Source: a virus (Duplodnaviria; Caudoviricetes). Taken from it: DNA of 64,000 bases. Each line of letters begins with the position of its first letter. The first letter of the stretch is position 1. The notes beneath the pieces were generated by a model. The model made no database searches, was not told the origin of the DNA, and was given only the letters and a program-made list of their open reading frames with translations. Both the position numbers and the translations under genes were made by a program. The DNA lies in the IMG/VR virus record IMGVR_UViG_3300025389_001063; one strand, 5' to 3'. Shown piece by piece: positions 54,514 through 63,209 of this stretch.

Positions 54514-56964
54514 ATGGCAAGTAAAATTCAACTAAGAAGAGACCTAGCCGCAAGTTGGGGAAATATAAACCCAATACTAGCGCAGGGCGAACCTGGTGCG
54601 GAACTAGATACGGGTAAAATGAAGTTGGGAGACGGGATAACAGCCTGGAATCAACTGCCCTACACTAGTTCAAATGATTACGAAGACAAGTTTGTTTTCT
54701 TATTTTCAGGAGGCGATTATTATGCCGCAGGAAACAGCACCAGCCGTGATGGCTTACACTGGACTGGAACTGATATCAACAGCGAATTTTGGAATGGCGA
54801 TTACAACAGTTCCTATGCTTATGACCTAGCAGTAGGCAATGGTCGTGTGGCTTATCTAGTTTATAATGAAATCTTTGATCGTAACCTTGTGATGTACAGC
54901 GAAACTCCAGGTAGTGCCTTAGTGGATCCAAACATCACTAGATTCCTAGAAGAACAAGGAGCCAACATACAGCGCAGTTGGGTTACCAGCCAAGACTTCT
55001 ATAACTATCTGTTTAGCAACAGTGGTAATCAAAACTGGGTCACAGTGTTCGGTCCAAACGGTGAACCTATCAATTGGCAAGGTATCAAATTCCAAGGCGG
55101 TTATTTCATAGCCTATGGTAGTTATTTAGACTCAGTAATCAATGATGGTCGCGAGCGTCCTTACTTTGTCTACAGCACAGATGCTGTACATTGGACACGC
55201 GGTTATGTGGATTTGACTTTTGTTACCAACAAAATGGACGCATACGCCAATACCTACAATAACAACTCCAATGATTATGCCATTAGGGGTGTAAACTACA
55301 ACGGTCATGGTTGGTTGTTTAACATGAAGTACTGGTGGGACAGTATCGACAATGATACATCTACTGGTGCTTTTTACTTGACCGATCTTTCAATGGGATT
55401 CACCAGCGACAGTTGGTTCCCAATGAACGGCGCCTACAGCATGAATTTTGATGGACAAGGTTGGGGCGGATACATGGGTGATGACCGCATGATATTCAAC
55501 AGCAACACAGATCCACGAGTGGGTGGTTGGCGAGAAGTCAATATTAGCGATGCCCAACAGGAAGTATGGGGAGATCATGCTAGTACCAATTGGAGCGGCA
55601 GTCGTTCATTTGTAGCTGGTCCTCTAGCAGATGGTACTCCTATGTTCATGGTACCACTCGGTAATGGTCGTGTTCTGACCACTACCAATCAAGGCGCCAG
55701 TTTTGGTGGATCAACTCCTGCCGCTCGTGTAGACAGCATCGTAGACTTCTACGGTGCCAGTCCTGCTGAGATACTTACATACAATGAAAACAACAGTGGC
55801 AATACTGGTATACAACAGGTAGTGATCACCGGATCACTGAATGGTCAGGCAGATGGAACATTCTATGCCCAGCAATATGATGACTATGCTTATAAACTTT
55901 ATCATGACTATGCTCTAAGTTATCCAGTCGACGGCACAGGTTGGACTAATGGTAATTTATTCGATAATGCCTATATCACATTTACACAGCAAGGTATAGA
56001 ACTAATTTATATTACCTACGGTGGTGGCAAGTTCGTAGCATTCAGCGATAACTGTGCCAACAACTACATGACCGAAGATGGCTATAACTGGAAATATGGT
56101 TTTGCGTGGAATGTGGTAGGTGATTTTGATTTTAACGCAGAACATATCGCCTATGGTCGTGTTAGCACAGATGGACAGATTGTAGTCAATGATGAAACTT
56201 ACCCAGGTGGTGCTAACAGCCTTACATTGGGCAACAACTTTGATGTACAGGTCAACAGCGGAGATCCATTATCATCTGAGACACAGAATAATGGCAATGG
56301 TCGAGATTTGTCGGATGGTACTGGCTATCTAAGCATCCGTCCTTATAACGCTCAGTGGCGTATTGGCGCTTATGGTAGAACCGACGGAGGCCCAAACCCA
56401 TACAGTTTCCTAGGTTCAGATGACTACTATGATACATTTAATGGTCCAGATTACAGCGGTCAGCCATCATATTTTCCTGGAGGTCCAGACATACGACTAA
56501 CCACATTCTGGGGTGACTGGTATTTTACATCTAATCCTACTCACGATTATAATCAACTTATAATGTCAAACGATGCCGATATCGTAACGGTAGATCAAGA
56601 AAGTTTCTTGAAAGATATACCTCGTAATTATCAAACCAGTGCTACAAGTTATACATTGGCATTGACTGATCGTGGTAGATTTGTTTGGTTTGATGGTACA
56701 GCAGGCAATGTCACTGTAACCCTTCCGGCCAATGCCACTACAAATTTCCCTATTGGTGCTAGGATACAGTTAGGCATCTCAGGTGTTACTGACAACAGTA
56801 GGCAGATAACTGTAACACCCGCAGGAGGAGTAACACTAAGAGGCAGAGAAGACAACAACAGTCCAGGTGCTGGTTCGTTGATCATCCGTAGCGATATGTT
56901 AGTAACTTTGACACAGGTTGATACAGACTTTTGGATCCTAAGCGGCCCATACATAACAGATTAA
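54514..56964 (+). CDS. Fibre/adhesin with an Mtd-N-type N-terminus
   Basis: KIQLRRD...W..INPILAQGEPG.ELDTGKMKLGDG.TAWNQLPY, aromatic-rich beta segments, C-terminal TSYTLALTDRG module. ATAAATA at 54488. Confidence 0.75.
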   Translation: MASKIQLRRDLAASWGNINPILAQGEPGAELDTGKMKLGDGITAWNQLPYTSSNDYEDKFVFLFSGGDYYAAGNSTSRDGLHWTGTDINSEFWNGDYNSSYAYDLAVGNGRVAYLVYNEIFDRNLVMYSETPGSALVDPNITRFLEEQGANIQRSWVTSQDFYNYLFSNSGNQNWVTVFGPNGEPINWQGIKFQGGYFIAYGSYLDSVINDGRERPYFVYSTDAVHWTRGYVDLTFVTNKMDAYANTYNNNSNDYAIRGVNYNGHGWLFNMKYWWDSIDNDTSTGAFYLTDLSMGFTSDSWFPMNGAYSMNFDGQGWGGYMGDDRMIFNSNTDPRVGGWREVNISDAQQEVWGDHASTNWSGSRSFVAGPLADGTPMFMVPLGNGRVLTTTNQGASFGGSTPAARVDSIVDFYGASPAEILTYNENNSGNTGIQQVVITGSLNGQADGTFYAQQYDDYAYKLYHDYALSYPVDGTGWTNGNLFDNAYITFTQQGIELIYITYGGGKFVAFSDNCANNYMTEDGYNWKYGFAWNVVGDFDFNAEHIAYGRVSTDGQIVVNDETYPGGANSLTLGNNFDVQVNSGDPLSSETQNNGNGRDLSDGTGYLSIRPYNAQWRIGAYGRTDGGPNPYSFLGSDDYYDTFNGPDYSGQPSYFPGGPDIRLTTFWGDWYFTSNPTHDYNQLIMSNDADIVTVDQESFLKDIPRNYQTSATSYTLALTDRGRFVWFDGTAGNVTVTLPANATTNFPIGARIQLGISGVTDNSRQITVTPAGGVTLRGREDNNSPGAGSLIIRSDMLVTLTQVDTDFWILSGPYITD

Positions 56965-56976
56965 GGAAGACATAAC

Positions 56977-57432
56977 ATGACATTAAGACAAGTAAAAAGA
57001 GCCAGCGATCTACATCCTAAAGCCGCAGGTCCCAAACCACAGGCTGTAGTATGGAGTGCTATAGGAGATGATACTGAAACCAAACTGAGTGTGGTCTTGT
57101 TAACTAAACACGGTGCCTCAGTTACAGTTAACAAGTTAGACAATAACCCTACACTAAAAACACAGTTTACTACCACTTATCCTGAACAGAAAAAATTACC
57201 TTATATTGTAGTTGACGGGACTGCTATCGGTGGATTTAAAGAACTAAAATTAAATCCTACTTACTCTTTAATTAAGGCACCTACTCCAAAGGCTGCTCCA
57301 GTTAAACCAACCAAATTTGGTAATGGTAGTGGTATAACTCCAATAGCAGAAGGACAAAAAGCATATAATTCAATTCGTGCTCCTAAGGCACCAGTTGTAC
57401 CAAAGACTCTACCAGAGGCACCAAAGAAGTAA
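56977..57432 (+). CDS. Glutaredoxin-fold protein lacking CxxC, with a Pro/Lys-rich tail
   Basis: KKLPYIVVDGTAIGGFKEL matches the Grx cis-Pro and IGG motifs. The protein contains no Cys. Confidence 0.55.
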   Translation: MTLRQVKRASDLHPKAAGPKPQAVVWSAIGDDTETKLSVVLLTKHGASVTVNKLDNNPTLKTQFTTTYPEQKKLPYIVVDGTAIGGFKELKLNPTYSLIKAPTPKAAPVKPTKFGNGSGITPIAEGQKAYNSIRAPKAPVVPKTLPEAPKK

Positions 57433-57434
57433 TT

Positions 57435-58250
57435 ATGTTAAAGAGAGAACCTAGATACCCAAACAGAACTTTAGCAATAAGTCCTACGCCAAGATATAAT
57501 TGGCGTCCGGATAAATCAGATTCAAGAGATTATATATTTGAAAAATTAAACACTATTCCGGCAACTTTGCCCCCTAGTGTTGACCTAAGATCTCATTGTC
57601 CACCTATTGTAGATCAAGGACAAGTTGGATCATGTACTGGTTGTGCTATTGCCGGTATTATTGGTTACTACGATAATACACATAATAAAAGCGGGATTGT
57701 TGTTAGTAGATTGTTTATCTATTATCAAGAACGCCTTTTAGAAGGTACTATTTATTATGATGCTGGTGCTTATATACGTGACGGTATTAAAGCATGTAAT
57801 CAATGGGGTGCTCCTCTAGAAACACTTTGGCCATATCTAGCAAATAAAGTAACTACTCGTCCTAGCACTGGAGCATATACTGATGCTGCTAAACGCAAAG
57901 CGGGTACTTATCAAAAAGTTACTACACAAGCGGCAGGTATTAAAGCCTCACTGAATCTTGGATTTCCTGTAGTGGTTGGATTTACTGTTTATGCAAGTTT
58001 TGAAGGTAATACAAATAATACAACAGGCATGATGCCTTATCCTAATACTTCTTCAGAACAAATATTAGGTGGACATGCTGTAGCAGTTGTAGGTTATGAT
58101 GATAACTTGAATGGTGGTAGATTTATTTGCCGTAATAGTTGGGGAACTAATTGGGGTGATCATGGTTACTTCTATATGCCTTACCAAGTTATTAACAATG
58201 CCAATATGAGTAGCGACTTCTGGGCAATCACTGGCGTAAGTAATCCATAA
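57435..58250 (+). CDS. Papain-like (C1A) cysteine peptidase
   Basis: VDLR..DQGQVGSCTG, GGHAVAVVGY and RNSWGTNWGDHGYFY catalytic motifs. Confidence 0.93.
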   Translation: MLKREPRYPNRTLAISPTPRYNWRPDKSDSRDYIFEKLNTIPATLPPSVDLRSHCPPIVDQGQVGSCTGCAIAGIIGYYDNTHNKSGIVVSRLFIYYQERLLEGTIYYDAGAYIRDGIKACNQWGAPLETLWPYLANKVTTRPSTGAYTDAAKRKAGTYQKVTTQAAGIKASLNLGFPVVVGFTVYASFEGNTNNTTGMMPYPNTSSEQILGGHAVAVVGYDDNLNGGRFICRNSWGTNWGDHGYFYMPYQVINNANMSSDFWAITGVSNP

Positions 58251-58262
58251 CACTTGACTTTG

Positions 58263-58290
58263 TTGACATAAGATATTATATTACTAATAT
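58263..58290 (+). promoter_or_regulatory. Sigma70-like promoter
   Basis: TTGACA-16 nt-TAATAT, immediately before ATG 58292. Confidence 0.5.
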
Positions 58291-58291
58291 T

Positions 58292-58480
58292 ATGTCAAAG
58301 AAGTGCGAACTTATTCATCCAGAAACTGGCAAGAAAATGCTTGCTGAAATCCTTCAGCAGGACAAGTTACGTATGACTGTTCGCCCAGATGGCACTAAAA
58401 TTGAGATCTTTTTAGTGCGTGGCGACACTACGATCCCCTATCGAGGACGCTTCAAAGGTCAGTACTTCACAGTCCAATAA
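58292..58480 (+). CDS. Small hypothetical protein
   Basis: 62-aa ORF. Confidence 0.6.
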   Translation: MSKKCELIHPETGKKMLAEILQQDKLRMTVRPDGTKIEIFLVRGDTTIPYRGRFKGQYFTVQ

Positions 58481-58484
58481 TTTG

Positions 58485-58506
58485 ATAAATATCCTATAGA
58501 AGGATA
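58485..58506 (+). promoter_or_regulatory. Late promoter with a short SD-occluding hairpin
   Basis: ATAAATA 58485-58491. TATCCT (58490-58495) pairs with AGGATA (58501-58506), which contains the SD. Confidence 0.5.
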
Positions 58507-58511
58507 GAACC

Positions 58512-58835
58512 ATGAAAATTCTTGAACTTATGGAAGCAGTTACTCAAAGCGACTTCATGAGAGAAGATTGGCAAAAAGTCAATAAGAAAGATAAAACAGA
58601 CGGTATGAGTAAAAAAGCCGTTAAAGCCTATCGCCGTGAACATCCTGGCAGTAAACTAAAAACTGCTGTTACTACCAAACCAAGCAAATTGAAAAAAGGT
58701 TCTAAGGACGCTAAAAGACGCAAGAGTTTCTGTGCTAGAATGAGTGGCATGAAAAAGAAAAATGCTAGTGCTAAAACTAAGAGAGATCCAGACAGCCCAA
58801 TCAATAAGGCATTGCGTCGTTGGAACTGTGAGTAA
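58512..58835 (+). CDS. Basic protein, DUF6321-like
   Basis: KRRKSFCARM..KTKRDPDSPINKALRRWNC; N-terminus MKILELMEA. Confidence 0.65.
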   Translation: MKILELMEAVTQSDFMREDWQKVNKKDKTDGMSKKAVKAYRREHPGSKLKTAVTTKPSKLKKGSKDAKRRKSFCARMSGMKKKNASAKTKRDPDSPINKALRRWNCE

Positions 58836-58837
58836 TT

Positions 58838-60871
58838 ATGTTTTTAAGAGAATTCTTTTATAGATCAAACCCAATTATTATTGAAGGTGGTAATGTACAA
58901 ATTGGCCCGCACAGTGCGGAAAGAATCAATTTGAAGAAAATTCCACGCAATCAAATTGTTCCGATTATTGACAATCTATTACATTCAGTCAATTCTGCTT
59001 TCCAATCAAAATTTAAGACTCCACTTTGGTCGCCACAACTACTACAGAAAAAAGAATTCCTCAGTGGATCGGCATTTCACTTTCTCAATCCAGGAATTCC
59101 AGATGAAAAATTTGTTCAACATAAACCTAGTGTTGGAGATATTGACACAATGGTTGATAAAAATAAAAGAGAACAAGTAGAACAATTTTTAAATTCAGTT
59201 ACAAACAAAAAGATTGGTCCTGCTACATTACTTGGCTTTAAACCTAATCCTGGAGGTGATCAATTTATTACATTATGGGAATTCAGTGAGCCACCAATCA
59301 AGATACAAATTGATTTAGAACTTGTAGAATTCCACGGTGCTGGTCCAAGTGAATGGTCAAAGTTTAGTCACTCTAGTGATTGGGCAGACCTCGAAGCAGG
59401 TGTTAAAGGAGTATTCCACAAATACTTATTAAGAGCATTTACTACAAATACTCTCAAAGATCGTCTCGTACAAATGAAAACAAAACTTAAACCAGTTAAG
59501 AGTACAGACGTTGCCTTTGCTGTTACTGGTGGTATGAGAGAAAAATATAAACCAGTTTTAGATGCTAATGGTAAACAAAAAGTTGTAGACGGGTTACCTG
59601 TATATACAGAAGTTCCAGCAAAAGACTCAACATATGTTAATTCAACAGAAGGCATGTTTGAATTAATATTTGGTAAACCACCGGTAGGAGGAGAAGAAAA
59701 ACTCCTCGGTTCATTTATAGGTGGATTACAATTAGCAAACAAATATCTTGATGATGAACATAAAAAGTTATTGCTAGATGGTTTTGTTAATACACTATTT
59801 GGACAAACTGCTCAAGAACTTTATAAAGGTGATCCAGAATCAGATCGTGCTGAAAAAGAAGTTGCTCTCAAAACTATGCTTGAAAAATTAGGCATGAAGA
59901 TGGACACAAATATACAGCAAATGGAAAAGTCTTTTTACAGTAATTATAAAATGGATGAAGAATTAGACGAAGAGGAAGTTGTTTCAAGTCGTCGTACAGG
60001 AATTAGCCATCTACAAGGTATGAAAGATTTAGAGTTTATTGAACTTATTAAGAAAATTAAAAACGAATATCAAGGTAAATTAAGCAACGTAAAGATGACT
60101 CTTAAAGTTGATGGTCTCGGTGCTCGCTTTGGTAAAGACGCAGAAGGTCGTCCATTTTTTGAAAGTTCAAGAAGCGGACCAATCTTTACAGCAGGTTCAT
60201 TTATATCACATGCTAAAAGCAGAGGATTTGAAGGTGAAAAACTTGCTCGTGCTGAAAAGTATGACGAAATTTATAACCTAGTCGTTAACAGTGACTTTGT
60301 TAAGAAGTTACCTAATGATATTAAAATTCATTGTGAGATACTTTATAATCCAATGGCAGAAGAAACAGAGAATGGCTTGAAGTTTGTCACAGTTTCTTAT
60401 GATAGAAAACTACTAGGCGAAGTAATGACTATTGTTCCATTCTACGCAGAAGTTGCTTCTACTGGACAAAAGTATTCTAAGAGTGAACAAATTAAAGACG
60501 AACTAATTAGATCTGGTAGTGGTAATGGTATTAAATTTGTTGATGACAGATTAATGTCAGACACTATCGATATTACTGGCGAAATTGATCCATTACTAAC
60601 AATGATCAACGATCGCTTTATTGCTAAACTTACATCAAGAACTAAAGCAGACGCTGAAGAAAAGTCGCAACTAAAGGCTATGGTTCAAAGTGTTAAGGAC
60701 AATTTGGCAGATTATATCTTTAGACATCCAAGCATTGCTGGTAAAGATAAATTGGGCAAAGACATTGAAGGTATTATACTTCATAGAGATAAAGAAGCCC
60801 CACTAAAGATCACTACTCCAGATTTTAAGCAAGCAATCGCAGCAAAGAAGAACCCAAATGTTGTTAAGTGA
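58838..60871 (+). CDS. Two-domain protein: Pol-beta-type nucleotidyltransferase plus ligase-like (KxDG) domain
   Basis: LSGS...VGDIDTMVD...IQIDLE in the N-half. TLKVDG, HCEILY, DIEGIIL and LKIT in the C-half. Acidic linker DEELDEEE. Confidence 0.55.
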   Translation: MFLREFFYRSNPIIIEGGNVQIGPHSAERINLKKIPRNQIVPIIDNLLHSVNSAFQSKFKTPLWSPQLLQKKEFLSGSAFHFLNPGIPDEKFVQHKPSVGDIDTMVDKNKREQVEQFLNSVTNKKIGPATLLGFKPNPGGDQFITLWEFSEPPIKIQIDLELVEFHGAGPSEWSKFSHSSDWADLEAGVKGVFHKYLLRAFTTNTLKDRLVQMKTKLKPVKSTDVAFAVTGGMREKYKPVLDANGKQKVVDGLPVYTEVPAKDSTYVNSTEGMFELIFGKPPVGGEEKLLGSFIGGLQLANKYLDDEHKKLLLDGFVNTLFGQTAQELYKGDPESDRAEKEVALKTMLEKLGMKMDTNIQQMEKSFYSNYKMDEELDEEEVVSSRRTGISHLQGMKDLEFIELIKKIKNEYQGKLSNVKMTLKVDGLGARFGKDAEGRPFFESSRSGPIFTAGSFISHAKSRGFEGEKLARAEKYDEIYNLVVNSDFVKKLPNDIKIHCEILYNPMAEETENGLKFVTVSYDRKLLGEVMTIVPFYAEVASTGQKYSKSEQIKDELIRSGSGNGIKFVDDRLMSDTIDITGEIDPLLTMINDRFIAKLTSRTKADAEEKSQLKAMVQSVKDNLADYIFRHPSIAGKDKLGKDIEGIILHRDKEAPLKITTPDFKQAIAAKKNPNVVK

Positions 60872-61532
60872 ATTATTTGAAGCAAGCACAGAAGTTGCTA
60901 TTATATTTGGAAGGTTTAATCCTCCACACAAAGGTCATAAGGCTGCGTGGGAAATTGCTGCCCAATCACCAATATGGTATATAGGTACCAATAAGTCCAC
61001 CATTGGACCAAAAGATCCTTTGCCTTATGATGTTAAGATTAAAGCAATGCAAGTAATTTGGCCAGATATTAAAGGACACATTGTTGCTGAACAAAGTTGG
61101 CTAACTCTTTGCTCAAGAGTATTCGAAGAACACGGTGATGTTATTCTTAATGTTGTTACTGACGAAGAATATGTTTTTAAACTCATTGCACAATATAACG
61201 GTGTAGAAGGTAAACAACATGGATTTTATAAATTTACAACAATAAATCCAAAACCTAGTCCAAGAATAAGTTCTGCTACTGACCTAAGAGCCGCAGTTAC
61301 TAACGATAATCCAGATGCGTTTGCTAAGGCTGCTGGTGTTCCTGCTGATACATTAATTGCTGGTGTTCCATATTTTGAACTTGTAAAAAAATATATGACC
61401 CCAGACCCTAAAGTTAAAACAAAGAAAACAAAAGAAGAATGTGCCGGCGTTGGTATTGTAACAAAACAAAACTCTACAGCAGATGTTGGATCTGGAACTA
61501 TTAAAAAGAATATGAAGGCGTTTAAATTATGA
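60858..61532 (+). CDS. Cytidylyltransferase-like (HIGH-motif) nucleotidyltransferase
   Basis: IIFGRFNPPHKGH, KDPLPYDVK and RISSATDLRAA. Confidence 0.75.
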   Translation: MLLSELFEASTEVAIIFGRFNPPHKGHKAAWEIAAQSPIWYIGTNKSTIGPKDPLPYDVKIKAMQVIWPDIKGHIVAEQSWLTLCSRVFEEHGDVILNVVTDEEYVFKLIAQYNGVEGKQHGFYKFTTINPKPSPRISSATDLRAAVTNDNPDAFAKAAGVPADTLIAGVPYFELVKKYMTPDPKVKTKKTKEECAGVGIVTKQNSTADVGSGTIKKNMKAFKL

Positions 61533-61732
61533 ACATTAAAGAACTTCAAAAATTAGCAGGTATTACATCTGAAGAAAAGACAGATGAAAATATTTCTACT
61601 GCTTATGCTGATAAACGCAAGAAAGAAAAAGAAGAAAACATATCACCAGGATCAGATGAATGGTTCAAACTCTGGTTCAAAAGAAAACCAGGTCTAGGCA
61701 TGCCCCCAGTATTTCGTGGAAGAAAAAAATGA
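61529..61732 (+). CDS. Small hypothetical protein
   Basis: MNIKELQKLAGI...PGSDEWFKLWF; 4-nt overlaps with both neighbours. Confidence 0.65.
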   Translation: MNIKELQKLAGITSEEKTDENISTAYADKRKKEKEENISPGSDEWFKLWFKRKPGLGMPPVFRGRKK

Positions 61733-62856
61733 GATTAAGAGAAGTATTTGAAGATATACAAGGACCAGGAGTTACAACTGCTCCATTCTTAAAGGATGGA
61801 CCTCTTAAGGTTTCTAAACACTTTACAAGTCGTCTTAAAGAGAGAGATTTAGATCTAAAAACTGTTGCTCGTTTTATTAGCAAAGCAATTAAAAAGAATA
61901 AAGCAGAGATAGAAGCACTTCCAGTTGATACATCATTTATTCTAAAATCTAAAATAGGTTTAGGTGTTGCTATTGTTAAACAAGAAACTCCAGATGGAAT
62001 TGTATACTTGATTAATACAGCTCATCCACAATTTAGTGTTGGAGCAAATCAAGAAGTATTTTTAGGTGATAGTAAACTACTTGATAAGAAGACTCCAACT
62101 ATCGGAGAACTTGCTGAAAAATATCACACAAGTCTTATTGCTGTTGAACTTCAACTTAAAAAAGGCATCAAGGTTGAAATGGAACACACTAAGAAACACA
62201 GTGTGGCAAAAGAAATTGCTTTAGACCATTTGGGAGAAGATTTATATTATTATGAAAAATTAGCCAAAGTAGAAAAAAATGAGTCTTGTGGACCTAGTTG
62301 TACCTGTCCAAAATGTAAAGCAACAAATGAAGGTCAATTTAGAGCAGATGATGTTGAGGAATTCAAACCGAGTAAAAGTCAATTAGGCGATCTAAAATCC
62401 AAATATCTCCCAGATTGGGAAATGTTAGATCATAGAATTCTACAAGCAGATTATAATGCTAAAGATCATAGACATGCTGAAAAGTTTATTGAGAGAATCA
62501 ATAAAATTAGTGAAGAAATGGATCATTTTTGTGAAGTAACTCAAGATGTTGCTGAAGTTACAGTAAAGACTACAACATCAGATGTTAAGGGGTTAACACT
62601 TTTAGATTTCCAAATTGCCATGCGTATAGATAACTTGGCAGAGAAAATGGATATTGAACAGATCCGTTCAAAAGGTAATTTTGATGAAAACTTTGCGGAC
62701 GGAAAAGGTCCAGGTAGACCAGGAGATAGTGCTAGACACGGCATACCTAAAGGTGCTACAATAGCACAGTTAGAAAAGGCATCAAAGGCAAAAGGACGCA
62801 AAGGTCAATTGGCACGTTGGCAATTGAATATGCGTAGAGGTAAAAAGAAAGGCTAA
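61729..62856 (+). CDS. Multidomain protein with a DUF5661-like segment and a pterin-4a-carbinolamine dehydratase-like domain
   Basis: GIKVEMEH..AKEIALDHL.ED..YY.KL, then LPDWE..F..I..I.EEMDH..V.V..TT.DV.GLT.LD...A..ID. Probable ATG 61729. Confidence 0.6.
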   Translation: MRLREVFEDIQGPGVTTAPFLKDGPLKVSKHFTSRLKERDLDLKTVARFISKAIKKNKAEIEALPVDTSFILKSKIGLGVAIVKQETPDGIVYLINTAHPQFSVGANQEVFLGDSKLLDKKTPTIGELAEKYHTSLIAVELQLKKGIKVEMEHTKKHSVAKEIALDHLGEDLYYYEKLAKVEKNESCGPSCTCPKCKATNEGQFRADDVEEFKPSKSQLGDLKSKYLPDWEMLDHRILQADYNAKDHRHAEKFIERINKISEEMDHFCEVTQDVAEVTVKTTTSDVKGLTLLDFQIAMRIDNLAEKMDIEQIRSKGNFDENFADGKGPGRPGDSARHGIPKGATIAQLEKASKAKGRKGQLARWQLNMRRGKKKG

Positions 62857-62858
62857 AA

Positions 62859-63209
62859 ATGTATAACAAAGTTGATGATAGATCTGAAGAAATGTTTATT
62901 GGATGTGAATGTAATTCCCCGGCACATATTATTCGTGTTAGTTATTGGGACTGGGGATTAAAAGATTCTCCTGAATTTTATTTTGAACTCCAAAGCGATA
63001 TGCCTCATAGTTTCTTTACACGAGTAAAGAAGGCTTTTAATTATATATTCTTTGGTACTCGTTTAGATTGGCACGATGTTATTCCTAAAGCAGATGATCT
63101 TCGTAAACTCCAGATTCTTATTTCTAAATATTTAGATCGCTATGATCATTATGAGGCTCATTGTAAGATTGAATGGAAAAAGAAAAAGGAGTCAAATGAA
63201 ACTATTTGA
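62859..63209 (+). CDS. Hypothetical protein
   Basis: 116-aa ORF with CxCx..H near the start. Confidence 0.65.
   Translation: MYNKVDDRSEEMFIGCECNSPAHIIRVSYWDWGLKDSPEFYFELQSDMPHSFFTRVKKAFNYIFFGTRLDWHDVIPKADDLRKLQILISKYLDRYDHYEAHCKIEWKKKKESNETI

Noticed and set aside
52055-56964. Mtd-like genes suggesting a diversity-generating retroelement
   Set aside because: No reverse transcriptase and no template/variable repeat pair differing at adenines is visible in the window. Only the N-terminal anchor resembles Mtd.
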